DNA of 33,099 nucleotides from Thermoanaerobaculia bacterium (GCA_036001185.1 DASYUP010000440.1:1-33099), one strand, 5' to 3'; positions 21,915-30,731 are shown, numbered from the stretch's first letter. A program made the numbers and translations. The notes: generated from the sequence alone by a model not told the origin.

Positions 21915-22685
21915 ATGCGGCGACTCCGGGCCACCGCCATGGAAGAGACCGTCGTCGCCGCCATCCCCGCCCGCTGGGGGTCCAGCCGCCTGCCCGGCAA
22001 GCCGCTGCTGCCGCTCGCCGGCAAGCCGATGGTGCAGCACGTCTACGAGCGCGCCGCGGCCGCCGCCGGGGTGTCGCGCGTGGTGGTGCTCACCGACGAC
22101 GAGCGCATCGCCGCCGCGGTGGCCGCCTTCGGCGGCGAGCACGAGCTGACGCCAGCCGACTGCGCCAGCGGCACCGATCGCATCGCCTGGGCGGCGCGCG
22201 CCTGGGACGCCGCGGCGGTGGTCAACGTGCAGGGCGATGAGCCGCTGGTCGACCCGGCGGCGATCGCCCGCCTGGCGCTGCACCTGCGCGCGCATCCCGA
22301 AGACGGCATGGTCACCCTCGCCGTGCCGGCCACCGGCGAGGAGCTGGGCAACCCGCACGCGGTGAAGGTGGTGCTCGACCGCGAGGGCTACGCGCTCTAC
22401 TTCAGCCGCGCCGGGATCCCCTACCCACGAGGGGAAGAGGGCGCGCCGGCGGTGCGCCACCTCGGCCTCTACGGCTACCGGCGCGAGACTCTGCTGCGGC
22501 TCGCCGCTCTGCCCCCCACGCCGCTGGAGCGCCGCGAGTCGCTCGAGCAGCTGCGGGCGCTGGAGAACGGCATCCGGCTGCGGGTGTTGATGGTGGAGAG
22601 CGCGGCACCGGGGGTGGACACGGCGGAGGATGCAGCGCGGGCAGAGCGGCTGCTCGGCGGATCGGCGGTCACGGGCGAACGGTGA
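21915..22685 (+). CDS. kdsB: 3-deoxy-manno-octulosonate cytidylyltransferase (CMP-KDO synthetase)
   Basis: VAAIPARWGSSRLPGKPLLPLAGKPMVQHVYERA ... VVNVQGDEPLVDP ... HLGLYGYRRETL ... LEQLRALENG. The start is ATG 21915 or ATG 21939. Confidence 0.9.
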   Translation: MRRLRATAMEETVVAAIPARWGSSRLPGKPLLPLAGKPMVQHVYERAAAAAGVSRVVVLTDDERIAAAVAAFGGEHELTPADCASGTDRIAWAARAWDAAAVVNVQGDEPLVDPAAIARLALHLRAHPEDGMVTLAVPATGEELGNPHAVKVVLDREGYALYFSRAGIPYPRGEEGAPAVRHLGLYGYRRETLLRLAALPPTPLERRESLEQLRALENGIRLRVLMVESAAPGVDTAEDAARAERLLGGSAVTGER

Positions 22686-23460
22686 CGCTCTCGCCGCGGC
22701 GCGTCCCCCACCGCGCCGCCAGGCTCTCATCGCGAAGGGAGAGCTCCACGGTGCCGAGCGAGCCGACGAGCGCGGCGGGCTCGCCGGCCGGCAGCTCGGC
22801 GTAGTGGGTCGCCCAGCGTCCCACCTCATGCGCGCCGACGTGCACGCGCGGCATGGCGCCCAGCGTCACGGCCACTACCCAGTCGCCTGGGAGGTCGGTG
22901 ACCAGGTTGCCGAAGTGGTCGATCCTCGCCACGCGGCCGTGCAGCACCCAGCCGTCGCCGTCGCGCTCGCGCCGCGGCGGCGGGATGGCGAGCCGCACGG
23001 GGTCGGACACGACTCCGCCCAGGGTGTGGGGGCGCTCGCCCCGCAGCAGCGCGGCGGCGATGGGGGCGAAGCGGTCGCGGCCGTGGAACGTCGCGCCCGG
23101 CGCGTCGAGAAAGAGGTCGCGGCGGCTGACCGCCCAGGCCATGCCGCCGGCGGCGAGCTGCGGCGTCAGCAGGCCATTGTCGGGAGCGACGAACTGCTGC
23201 CCGCCGGTCGCGACGACGAGCAGCCGCCGCGCGCTGCCGACGCCGGGATCGACCACCGCCAGGTGTACCGTCCCCGGCGGGAAGGAGGGCGCCGCGCCGG
23301 CGAGGAGGTCGGCCGCCCCCTCGACGTCGCCCGGCGCCACCTCGTGCGAGAGGTCGACGAGCTGGGTCTCCGGCGCCAGCCGCAGCACCGTCCCCTTGAC
23401 CGCGCCGACGTAGTAGTCGGCGAGGCCGAAGTCAGTGGTGAGGGTGAGGATGCGGGTCAT
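22669..23460 (-). CDS. SAM hydrolase / SAM-dependent halogenase family protein (DUF62, SAM hydroxide adenosyltransferase-like; 263 aa)
   Basis: MTRILTLTTDFGLADYYVGAVKGTVL...LVDLSHEV...VHLAVVDPGVGSARRLLVV...FVAPDNGLLTP is the characteristic N-terminal signature. Internal ATG at 23460. Confidence 0.85.
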   Translation of the reverse strand: MTRILTLTTDFGLADYYVGAVKGTVLRLAPETQLVDLSHEVAPGDVEGAADLLAGAAPSFPPGTVHLAVVDPGVGSARRLLVVATGGQQFVAPDNGLLTPQLAAGGMAWAVSRRDLFLDAPGATFHGRDRFAPIAAALLRGERPHTLGGVVSDPVRLAIPPPRRERDGDGWVLHGRVARIDHFGNLVTDLPGDWVVAVTLGAMPRVHVGAHEVGRWATHYAELPAGEPAALVGSLGTVELSLRDESLAARWGTRRGESVTVRP

Positions 23461-23546
23461 GTGGGCGAAGACTAACGAACGCGGCGCCCGCCGCGACAGA
23501 TCGACTTTTCTGCCATAGGCTCGACGCCCCCACCAGGAGGACATGC

Positions 23547-24854
23547 ATGCGCAAGACCGCGCTCGCCGTCGCCATGTTCGGGCTGCTCGTCGCCGCGGCG
23601 GCTATCGCCCAGCCGGGGCCCGCTGCCGCCACGCCGACCGCGACGGCTGCAGCCACGGCCGCCGCCCAGCCCACTCCCGTCCCCGTCCCCTCCCCCAGCG
23701 AGAAGGCCCTGCGCTACTTCCACAGCGGCAACGTCCTCTGGGTGGTGTCGACGCTGTGGGGGCTGCTGGTGCCGCTGGCGCTCCTCTTCACCGGCTTCTC
23801 CGCCTGGCTCCGCACCCAGTCGCGCCGTGTGGGCCGCAACTGGTTCTTCACCATCGCTGTCTTCGGCGTCCTCTTCACCCTCGTCACCTTCGTCCTCGAC
23901 CTGCCGCTCGCTTGGTACGTCGACTTCGTCCGCCAGCATGCCTACGGCCTGTCGGATCAGACGCCGGCGAAGTGGTGGAGCGACGCCGGGAAGGGGCTCC
24001 TGCTGTCGTGCCTGTTCACCGGCCTCTTCCTGTGGGTCCCCTACCTGTTGCTGCGCAAGGCGCCGAAGCGCTGGTGGCTGTACACCGGGCTGCTCGCCAT
24101 TCCCCTGCTGATCGCCGTGCTGGTGGTGGAGCCCATCTGGATCGAGCCGCTGTTCAACAAGTTCGGCCCGATGAAGGACAAGGCGCTGGAGGCGCGGATC
24201 CTCGCCCTCGCCGACCGCGCCGGCATCGAGGGCAGCCGCGTCTACGAGGTCGACAAGAGTGTCGACACCAAGACCGTCAACGCCTACGTCACCGGCATCC
24301 TCGGCACCAAGCGCATCGTGCTGTGGGACACCATCCTGCAGAAGCTCCAGCCGTCGCAGGTGCTGCTGGTGATGGGGCACGAGATGGGGCACTACGTGCT
24401 CGGCCACGTGCCGCAGCTGCTCGCCCTCGCCTCGCTGCTGGTGCTGCTCGGCCTGTGGACGATCCACCGCACGGCGGCGGGCCTGATCGCCCGCTACCGC
24501 GACCGCTTCGGCTTCTCCGAGCTGGCCGACGTCGCCTCGCTGCCGCTGATGGCGCTGCTGTTCAGCCTGGTGGGCCTGGTGCTGACGCCGGCGATCCTCG
24601 CCTTCACTCGCCACACCGAGCACGAGGCCGATCGCTTCGGCCTCGAGATCACCCACGACAACCACGCCTGCGCCACCGCCTTCGTGCGCCTGCAGCAGGA
24701 GAACCTGAGCGTGCCGCGCCCCGGGCAGCTCTACAAGATCTTCCGCTCCTCGCACCCGCCGCTGGGCGAGCGCATCGACTTCTGCAACGAGTACCGGCCG
24801 TGGGCGGAAAGCAAACCCCTGCGCTACGGCGACAAGATCCGCCCGCCCTCCTAG
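23547..24854 (+). CDS. M48-family (Ste24/HtpX-like) zinc metalloprotease, membrane-bound (435 aa)
   Basis: HEXXH in LVMGHEMGHYVLGH. Downstream EHEADRFGLE. Multiple TM segments. The ATG at 23547 follows AGGAGG plus 6 nt. Confidence 0.9.
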   Translation: MRKTALAVAMFGLLVAAAAIAQPGPAAATPTATAAATAAAQPTPVPVPSPSEKALRYFHSGNVLWVVSTLWGLLVPLALLFTGFSAWLRTQSRRVGRNWFFTIAVFGVLFTLVTFVLDLPLAWYVDFVRQHAYGLSDQTPAKWWSDAGKGLLLSCLFTGLFLWVPYLLLRKAPKRWWLYTGLLAIPLLIAVLVVEPIWIEPLFNKFGPMKDKALEARILALADRAGIEGSRVYEVDKSVDTKTVNAYVTGILGTKRIVLWDTILQKLQPSQVLLVMGHEMGHYVLGHVPQLLALASLLVLLGLWTIHRTAAGLIARYRDRFGFSELADVASLPLMALLFSLVGLVLTPAILAFTRHTEHEADRFGLEITHDNHACATAFVRLQQENLSVPRPGQLYKIFRSSHPPLGERIDFCNEYRPWAESKPLRYGDKIRPPS

Positions 24855-24888
24855 TTGCTGGCCCCGGAGACAAGGTCGCCACTCCTCC

Positions 24889-25000
24889 GACCTGGTCATT
24901 GCGAGGAGCGAGCGACGAAGCAATCTCGACGCCGCCAGGTCGAGATCGCTTCGCTGCGCTCGCGATGACGACCGCGAGCGAGGGCTCTTACCGGGGCAAG
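24889..25000. repeat. REP/MITE-like palindromic element, copy 2
   Basis: The core at 24889-24971 (gacctggtcattgcgaggagcgagcgacgaagcaatctcgacgccgccaggtcgagatcgcttcgctgcgctcgcgatgacga) matches 3466-3547. The flank ccggggcaag (24991-25000), which abuts the stop at 25004-25006, mirrors cttgccccc (3450-3458), which abuts the stop at 3445. Confidence 0.85.
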
Positions 25001-25003
25001 TGG

Positions 25004-25633
25004 CTAACGCTGCTGCTCTTCCCAGCCGAGCGGCTCGGCGACGGCCCTATCCGCGCCGTGCGCCAGCGTGCTGCCCGGCTTGTCGACGATCTGCACTGTC
25101 GTCGCCTGTGGGCCCAGGTCGCCCATCGCCTCCTCGAAGCGCACCTGGGTGCCGAGCTCGAGGCGATCCCAGTCGTCGGGCACGGCGTTCTGGTGGAAGT
25201 AGACGTCGCGCCCGTCGGGAGTCTTGAGGAAGCCGTACGACTGATCGCGGAAGAGGCGCACCACCAGCGCCAGCGGCTGGCGGTGGAACTTGACGGCGCC
25301 GCGCTGCCGCTCCGCCAGCTCGGCGAGAACGCGCTCGGCGGCGTCGAAGGCGCCGTTGATCACCGTCACCAGGTCGGCGTGCATGTCGTTGTCGCCGGGC
25401 TCCTTGCGCACCACCAGCTCGTGCCCCGGCGGCACCATGAGGTCGATGCGCGCGCGATAGGGGTTGCCGTTGGACTCGGTCTTGTGGGGCCGCTCGATGG
25501 CCACGCGGCAGCTCATGAGGTGGTCGCAGTACTTCTCGAGCTTCTCCGCCCGCCGGCGTACCCGCTCCTCGATCTCGGCCTGGCGCGCCGGCGGTATTCC
25601 GCGAAAGCTGACTTGCAGAATGGGAACGTCCAT
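25004..25633 (-). CDS. HPF/RaiA-family ribosome-associated domain fused to a C-terminal cold-shock (CSD/OB) domain (209 aa)
   Basis: The N-terminal ~110 aa (LQVSFRGIPPARQAEIEERVRRRAEKLEKYCDHLMSCRVAIERPH...YRARIDLMVPPGHELVV...DLVTVINGAFDAAERVLAE) is RaiA-like. The C-terminus VVRLFRDQSYGFLKTPDGRDVYFHQNAV...GTQVRFEE follows the CSD pattern GFI...g.DvFvH.sa....G..V.Fe. SD is AGGAGG. Confidence 0.8.
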   Translation of the reverse strand: MDVPILQVSFRGIPPARQAEIEERVRRRAEKLEKYCDHLMSCRVAIERPHKTESNGNPYRARIDLMVPPGHELVVRKEPGDNDMHADLVTVINGAFDAAERVLAELAERQRGAVKFHRQPLALVVRLFRDQSYGFLKTPDGRDVYFHQNAVPDDWDRLELGTQVRFEEAMGDLGPQATTVQIVDKPGSTLAHGADRAVAEPLGWEEQQR

Positions 25634-25716
25634 GGCACCTCCTGCGGTCCTCGCGCGGGGGCTCGCCCCGCGTCTTCAATGACCTGCGGGAGGTGCAATC
25701 GCCGTTCCGGCGCCGG

Positions 25717-27732
25717 TCAGGCGCTCGGCTGGGCGCTCTTCGCCAGCTGCTCCTCGGCCACCGCCCGCCGCAGCTCCTGCAGCTCGCGCTCGTAGCCGCC
25801 CGAGAGGATGGGGAAGCGGAACCAGGTCTTGGGGTCGAGGTTGAGGTCGTCGACGTGGAAGGAGGGCGCGTAGCGCTCGCGCTTCCACTGGTTGCGGGCG
25901 AACAGGCGGTAGAAGCGCTCCACCCAGGTCGCCACCTGCTCGGGCGGGTGGGCGGCGAAGCGGTCGCGCAACAAGCGGTAGACCTCGAGCGGCGCGCGCT
26001 TGTCGCCGATCGCCAGCTGCTCGATGGCGTCGAGCAGCTCGTAGGGCATGAGGTCGGCCTCGGCGGTCTGCCGCGCATCAGCGGGGCGCAGCTCGGGAGT
26101 GGGGTCCTGGGCCGTCACCGCCGCCAGGGCCGGGATCGGCTGCAGCCCCGCCGGGCCCTCGTCCTCGAGCCAGCGCAGCCAGCGGCGCAGGAACGGCTTG
26201 TCGATGCCGCCGATGGGCATCAGACCGCCGGCGGTGTCGCCGTCCATGGTGGCGTAGCCGACGGCGGCCTCCGAGCGGTCGCTGGTGGCGAGCAGCAGGC
26301 CCCCCTGCAGGTTGGCGATCATCCACACCCCGGGCGCGCGCACGCGGGCCTGGATGTTCTGCAGCGCCAGGTCGTCGCGCTCCCAGGAGAGCCGCCGGCC
26401 GGCCGCCTCCTCCACCAGCCGCGTGTAGTCGGCCACCAGCGGGTCGACGTCGAGGGTCAAGAAGCGGGCGCCGATCGCCTCCGCCACGGCGCGCGCCGCC
26501 GCGCCGCTGGTCGCCGAGCTGTTACGCGTGCCCTGGTAGACGCAGGTGAGCAGCTCGCCTACCGCCTCGCGCGGCGTCGCCACCTCCAGGCGCGGCAACC
26601 CGAGGCGGGAGAGGAAGGCGTCGCGCCCCAGCTCGCGCCAGCCGAGCTCGACCATCAGTGCCACCAGGCAGGCGACGGCCGTCGAGTCGGCGCCGCCGGA
26701 GAGCGAGACCACGAAGCTGCGGGCGCCGCTCTTGCGCAGGTAGTCGAAGAGGCCGAGGGCGATCGAGCGGGTGAGCTCCTCTTCCTTGAGCCGCGGCGAC
26801 AGCTCCCAGCTCGGCAGCTCGCCGGCCGCCTGCTCGGGCTCGACCTCCGGGAAACGGAAGGCCGAGCGCACCCGCCCCCCCGGCCGCTCCTCGAGCTCGG
26901 GGTTGAAGCTCCACAGCCGCGCCTGGTTCATGCGCGTGAAGTCGAGATCGACGACGGCGGTGGTGAGCTGGCGGTCGCCGAAGGTGAGCCGCGGACCGCA
27001 GGCGACCAGGCGCCCGGCGGTGGCGATGAGCCCGCCGCCGTCGTAGATGGCGCGCCCCGCCTCGTTGCCCAGCAGGTTGGTGTAGACGTAGGAGACGCCG
27101 AAGGCACGCGACCCCTCGATGACGAAGCGCTCGCGCACCTCGCGCTTGCCGAAGGCGAAGTGGCTCGCCGAGGGGTTGAGCAGCAGGTCGATTCCCTTGC
27201 GCGCCAGGCGTGCCCCGGGGCGGGTGCCGACCCAGGCGTCCTCGCAGATCTCGAAGCCGATGCCGACGCCGCCGATCTCGAACACCAGGTCGCCGAGCGG
27301 CCAGCGCTCGCCGCCGCGCTCGAGCTCGGCCACCACGTCGTGCGGCCAGGCCTTGAACCAGCGCGGCTCGTAGTGCAGGCCGTCGCCGGGGAGGAACTGC
27401 TTGGCGACGAAGCCGAGGATGCGGCCGTCGGCGAGCAGGCAGGCGCAGTTGAAGAGGGCGTTGCGGAAGAGCACCGGCAGCCCCACCGAGACGACGATGC
27501 CGGCGCTCTGGGGGGCCACCTCGTGCAGCACCTCCCAGGCGGTGTCGGCCACCGCCGGCGACAAGAAGGCGTCCTCGCAGCCGTAGCCGGTGAGACAGAG
27601 CTCGGGCAGGCAGAGGACCCCGATCCCCTGCTGGCGCGCCTCGGCGATGGCGCCCAGGACGTTGTCGCGATTGCGGTCCCAGGCGAGCGGCGTCTGGTTG
27701 AGGGCGGCCGCGGCGACCTTGAGCAGCCTCAT
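25717..27732 (-). CDS. nadE: Glutamine-dependent NAD+ synthetase (nitrilase-like glutaminase + synthetase domains; 671 aa)
   Basis: The N-terminal CN-hydrolase domain (VLCLPELCLTGYGCEDAF; FEICEDAW) is followed by the PP-loop FVVSLSGGADST. Confidence 0.93.
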   Translation of the reverse strand: MRLLKVAAAALNQTPLAWDRNRDNVLGAIAEARQQGIGVLCLPELCLTGYGCEDAFLSPAVADTAWEVLHEVAPQSAGIVVSVGLPVLFRNALFNCACLLADGRILGFVAKQFLPGDGLHYEPRWFKAWPHDVVAELERGGERWPLGDLVFEIGGVGIGFEICEDAWVGTRPGARLARKGIDLLLNPSASHFAFGKREVRERFVIEGSRAFGVSYVYTNLLGNEAGRAIYDGGGLIATAGRLVACGPRLTFGDRQLTTAVVDLDFTRMNQARLWSFNPELEERPGGRVRSAFRFPEVEPEQAAGELPSWELSPRLKEEELTRSIALGLFDYLRKSGARSFVVSLSGGADSTAVACLVALMVELGWRELGRDAFLSRLGLPRLEVATPREAVGELLTCVYQGTRNSSATSGAAARAVAEAIGARFLTLDVDPLVADYTRLVEEAAGRRLSWERDDLALQNIQARVRAPGVWMIANLQGGLLLATSDRSEAAVGYATMDGDTAGGLMPIGGIDKPFLRRWLRWLEDEGPAGLQPIPALAAVTAQDPTPELRPADARQTAEADLMPYELLDAIEQLAIGDKRAPLEVYRLLRDRFAAHPPEQVATWVERFYRLFARNQWKRERYAPSFHVDDLNLDPKTWFRFPILSGGYERELQELRRAVAEEQLAKSAQPSA

Positions 27733-27903
27733 GTCACAAACCCCCGCTGCATGCCTCGATCATAGCCCGTGGGGACCGCGCGCCTGCGCGAGGTGGGTGT
27801 AGGATTCGGGCTCCAAGACGGCATGGCTCGAACGAGCTGTTTCGGCCGGCGCCATGAGGGGCGCTCTCGAGCCTGCCGCCTGACCCGCAAACGATCGGCT
27901 GGG

Positions 27904-28875
27904 ATGATACGGACTTACGCCGCGAGCGTCTTGCTCGTCGTCTCGGTCGGGGCGTGGCAGCCGGCGCGCCTGCCCGCGGAGTCTCCGCCCGCGGCGCCGT
28001 CCCCTTCTCCCTCCCCGGCCGCTCCCTATTCGTTGCCCTGGCTCCTGCGTCCGGCCGCGGCGGCCAGCGTCATGCGCCTGGACACCACCGTCGCGCTGTT
28101 CGCGAACCCGGCCAACGGCAAGGCCGGGCACACGGTGGTCGAGAGCTTCACCGCGAGCTACAAGGCCTCTCCCCGGATCGCCCCTCTCTTCCGCGTCTCC
28201 TGGGTCGACCACCACGCCCCTGATCCCACGACCCCTGATCACACTATCCCGGGCGCCACGCGCGAAGCCTCCGGACGCGCCTTCTCCAACCCCTTGGTGG
28301 GGCTCAGCTACGTCCGCCCTCTCGCCCGGGGGTGGCGCGTCTCGCTGTTCGGCGCCAGCGCCATTCCCGTCGGCGACGGCGGGGGCGACCAACCCGACCC
28401 CGGGGCGGCAGCAGCCATCGCCCGGGGCATCCCGGCTCGCTCGGCGATGGACAACGCGTTGTTCGCGGTCAACTACTGGACGCTGATCGGCGGCGTGGGG
28501 GCGGCGCACGTAACGCCAGCGCTCACGCTCCAGGGCGAAGCGACGGTGTTCCAGCTCACTCGCGTCCGCGGGCCTCGCTCGCAGGACGATCGCCGCACCA
28601 ACCTCACGCTCGGCCTCCACGCGGGGCGCTTCCTCTCGCCGCACGTGTCGCTGGGCGGCGAGCTTCGCCTGCAGCGCTGGCTCACCAGGGCTGCCCCGGT
28701 GCGCGCCAACCCCAAGGCGCGCGAGACGCTGACCGCCGCGCTCGGCCCGCGCTTCCACTTCAAGGTCGGGGGACACTGGGTACGCCCCGGCGTTTCCTAC
28801 ACCCGCAGCCTCGACGAGCCGCTTCGGGCTCAAGGCTACGACATGGTGCAGCTCGACCTGCCGATCGCCTTCTGA
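27904..28875 (+). CDS. Putative outer-membrane beta-barrel protein (323 aa)
   Basis: Signal-like N-terminus MIRTYAASVLLVVSVGAW. Pro/Ser linker. Alternating-hydrophobicity strands. C-terminal ...MVQLDLPIAF ends in an aromatic residue. The start is uncertain and no family is recognised. Confidence 0.5.
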   Translation: MIRTYAASVLLVVSVGAWQPARLPAESPPAAPSPSPSPAAPYSLPWLLRPAAAASVMRLDTTVALFANPANGKAGHTVVESFTASYKASPRIAPLFRVSWVDHHAPDPTTPDHTIPGATREASGRAFSNPLVGLSYVRPLARGWRVSLFGASAIPVGDGGGDQPDPGAAAAIARGIPARSAMDNALFAVNYWTLIGGVGAAHVTPALTLQGEATVFQLTRVRGPRSQDDRRTNLTLGLHAGRFLSPHVSLGGELRLQRWLTRAAPVRANPKARETLTAALGPRFHFKVGGHWVRPGVSYTRSLDEPLRAQGYDMVQLDLPIAF

Positions 28876-28887
28876 GCGCTCGTCGTC

Positions 28888-29745
28888 TCACCCGGCCGAC
28901 CGCGCGCCGAGCCGCTGCAGAAACGCTTCGACCTCCTGCCAGGTCTCCGGCCGCCCCAGCAGGTCGTTGTGGCCGGCGCCCCGCACCTCCACCCAGCGCT
29001 TGGGCTCGGGCAGGGCGGCGAAGAGCTGGCGGCCGAGCGCCGCCGGGATGAGGTCGTCGCGCTCGCCGTGGATCGCCAGCGAGGGGCAGGTGACGTTGGA
29101 CGCCGCCGCCGCCGAGTCGTAGCGCTCGGGCAGCGCGGCGGCGACGATCCAGTGCGGGAAGTGGAGCCCGGCGACGTCGACCAGCCGGTTCCAGCCGCTC
29201 ATCAGGATCAACCCGTCGACCTCGCCGCGGCGGCGTGCCGCCAGCGGCGTCGCCACCGCTGCCCCCAGCGACCAGCCGGCCACCACCTTGGGGCCGGCGG
29301 TGTAGGAAACCGCGGTGCCGTCGCTGGCGTGCGCGGCAAGCCACGTCCAGGCGCTCTCGGCGGCCTCCACGTTGGCCTGCTCGCCGGGGATGCCCTCGCT
29401 GCGCCCGTAGCCCGGGTAGTCGATGGCGAGCACCCCGGCACCGAGGCGGGCGAACTCGGCGAACAGTCCGGCGCGCCGCATCGTCTCGAGGTTCTCGCCG
29501 TTGCCGTGCAGCATGAGCACCACCGGCGCCCCCGGCCGGGACGGCGGCTGCCACCAGGCGGAGAGCTCGCGCCCGCCGGAGTGCAGCGGCACCTCGACGA
29601 GTGGCTGTGGCGGTGGCGACGGCACCCGCACGTCAGGCGCGGGGTAGACCAGCTGGCGCACCACGGTGTCGATCATCAGCATCGTCCCCAGTCCCGCCAC
29701 CGCCGTTGCCAGCAGGGCGAAGAGCTGCTTGCGCGCGGCCGTCAC
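28888..29745 (-). CDS. Membrane-anchored alpha/beta hydrolase (285 aa)
   Basis: VVLMLHGNGENL..., nucleophile elbow VAGWSLGAAVA, AIHGERDDLIP and GAGHNDL give a Ser-Asp-His layout. N-terminal TM LFALLATAVAGLGTMLMI. The GTG start at 29745 overlaps the upstream stop (GTGA). The remainder of ORF 28888..30774 is artefact. Confidence 0.8.
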   Translation of the reverse strand: MTAARKQLFALLATAVAGLGTMLMIDTVVRQLVYPAPDVRVPSPPPQPLVEVPLHSGGRELSAWWQPPSRPGAPVVLMLHGNGENLETMRRAGLFAEFARLGAGVLAIDYPGYGRSEGIPGEQANVEAAESAWTWLAAHASDGTAVSYTAGPKVVAGWSLGAAVATPLAARRRGEVDGLILMSGWNRLVDVAGLHFPHWIVAAALPERYDSAAAASNVTCPSLAIHGERDDLIPAALGRQLFAALPEPKRWVEVRGAGHNDLLGRPETWQEVEAFLQRLGARSAG

Positions 29746-30587
29746 GGCGGCAGCAGCGCCACCGCCCGCAGCGGCCCACCGGTGCCGTCGCCGATCTTCA
29801 TCGGCAGCGCTACCAGCCAGGCGCCGGTCTCCGGCAACGCGTCGAGGTGGTCGAGGTTTTCGAAGGCGGGCACGTTGGCCGCCGCCACCAGCCGGTGCAC
29901 CGGGAAGTCGTGCGACGGCCCGTGGTCGATGCTCGCGGTGTCGACGCCGAGGGCGGCCACGCCGCGCTCGAGCAGCACCTTGACCGCCGCGGCGCCGAAC
30001 GAGGGGAAGTGCAGATCGGAGGCATCGCTGGTGGACGGATTGCCGAAGTAGCGCGCGCGATCGGGCCAGCGCTCGCTCCAGCCGGTGCGCAGCAGCACGA
30101 TCGCCCCGCCGGCGATGCGCCCGTGGCGCGCCTCCCAGGCGGCGACGTCCGCCGCCGTCAGGCGGTAGTCGCGATCGGCCGCCGCCGGCGCCCGCACGTC
30201 GATCACCAGCGCCGGCGCCACCAGCCGATCGACGGGCACCTCGGCGGCCGACCACTGCCCCTCGCCGAAGTGCAGCGGCGCGTCGAGGTGGGTGCCGCCG
30301 TGCTCGGGAGCGCAGAACTTGTTGGCGGCGTAGAAGAAGCCGCCGGGGGTCGGGCCATGGTGGAGCACCTCCAGGGCGAAGGTCTGCGGCGGCTGCGCCG
30401 GCCAGTAGAGGGTCTCGGCGCCGTAGGCGTGCGAGAGGTCGACGAGGCGCGCGGTGGCGAGGTCGAGGTGCGGACGCGAGGGCGCGGCAGCCGAGGTGTC
30501 CGCGGGCGCCGGCGGCTCGGTGGCGCGAGCGGTGGCCGCCAGGGACAGCACGAGCAAGGCGTGGACGAGCAGCCAGGATCGGGTCAT
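29742..30587 (-). CDS. Exported cyclase-family protein (kynurenine formamidase-like fold; 281 aa)
   Basis: The ATG at 30587 follows GGAGG. Signal peptide MTRSWLLVHALLVLSLAATARA|T. It also carries VDLSH, EHGGTHLDAPLHF and VDTASIDHG, the metal-binding motifs of the putative-cyclase family. Confidence 0.8.
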   Translation of the reverse strand: MTRSWLLVHALLVLSLAATARATEPPAPADTSAAAPSRPHLDLATARLVDLSHAYGAETLYWPAQPPQTFALEVLHHGPTPGGFFYAANKFCAPEHGGTHLDAPLHFGEGQWSAAEVPVDRLVAPALVIDVRAPAAADRDYRLTAADVAAWEARHGRIAGGAIVLLRTGWSERWPDRARYFGNPSTSDASDLHFPSFGAAAVKVLLERGVAALGVDTASIDHGPSHDFPVHRLVAAANVPAFENLDHLDALPETGAWLVALPMKIGDGTGGPLRAVALLPP

Positions 30588-30689
30588 GTCGCCTCCGCGA
30601 GGTGTGGCGGCCGGTGCAGTCGGATCTTGCCACGCCTGGTGCACCGCGCAGAGGTGGCGCGCGGGCCGCTGGCGGCGACGCCGGCCGGC

Positions 30690-30695
30690 TATACT
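30690..30695 (+). promoter_or_regulatory. Possible -10 box (TATACT) for the 30732 gene
   Basis: This is an isolated AT-rich hexamer in a GC-rich divergent intergenic region, 37 nt upstream of the ATG. No convincing -35 is present. Confidence 0.2.
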
Positions 30696-30731
30696 GGCAA
30701 CTCCTCACCCGCGTCGCCACGAGCCGAGAGG

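Noticed and set aside
25631-25650. TGGCAC on the plus strand at the HPF-CSD start. HPF genes are historically linked to sigma-54.
   Set aside because: It is simply the reverse complement of the SD/start region (AGGAGGTGCCATG). The -12 part does not match TTGC, and no plus-strand gene follows.
25654-25672. GC-rich stem-loop (cgcgggg-gctcg-ccccgcg) between nadE and the HPF-CSD gene, as a possible terminator.
   Set aside because: There is no U-tract on the transcribed (minus) strand. It may be structural or an RNA-processing site, but I cannot support calling it an intrinsic terminator.
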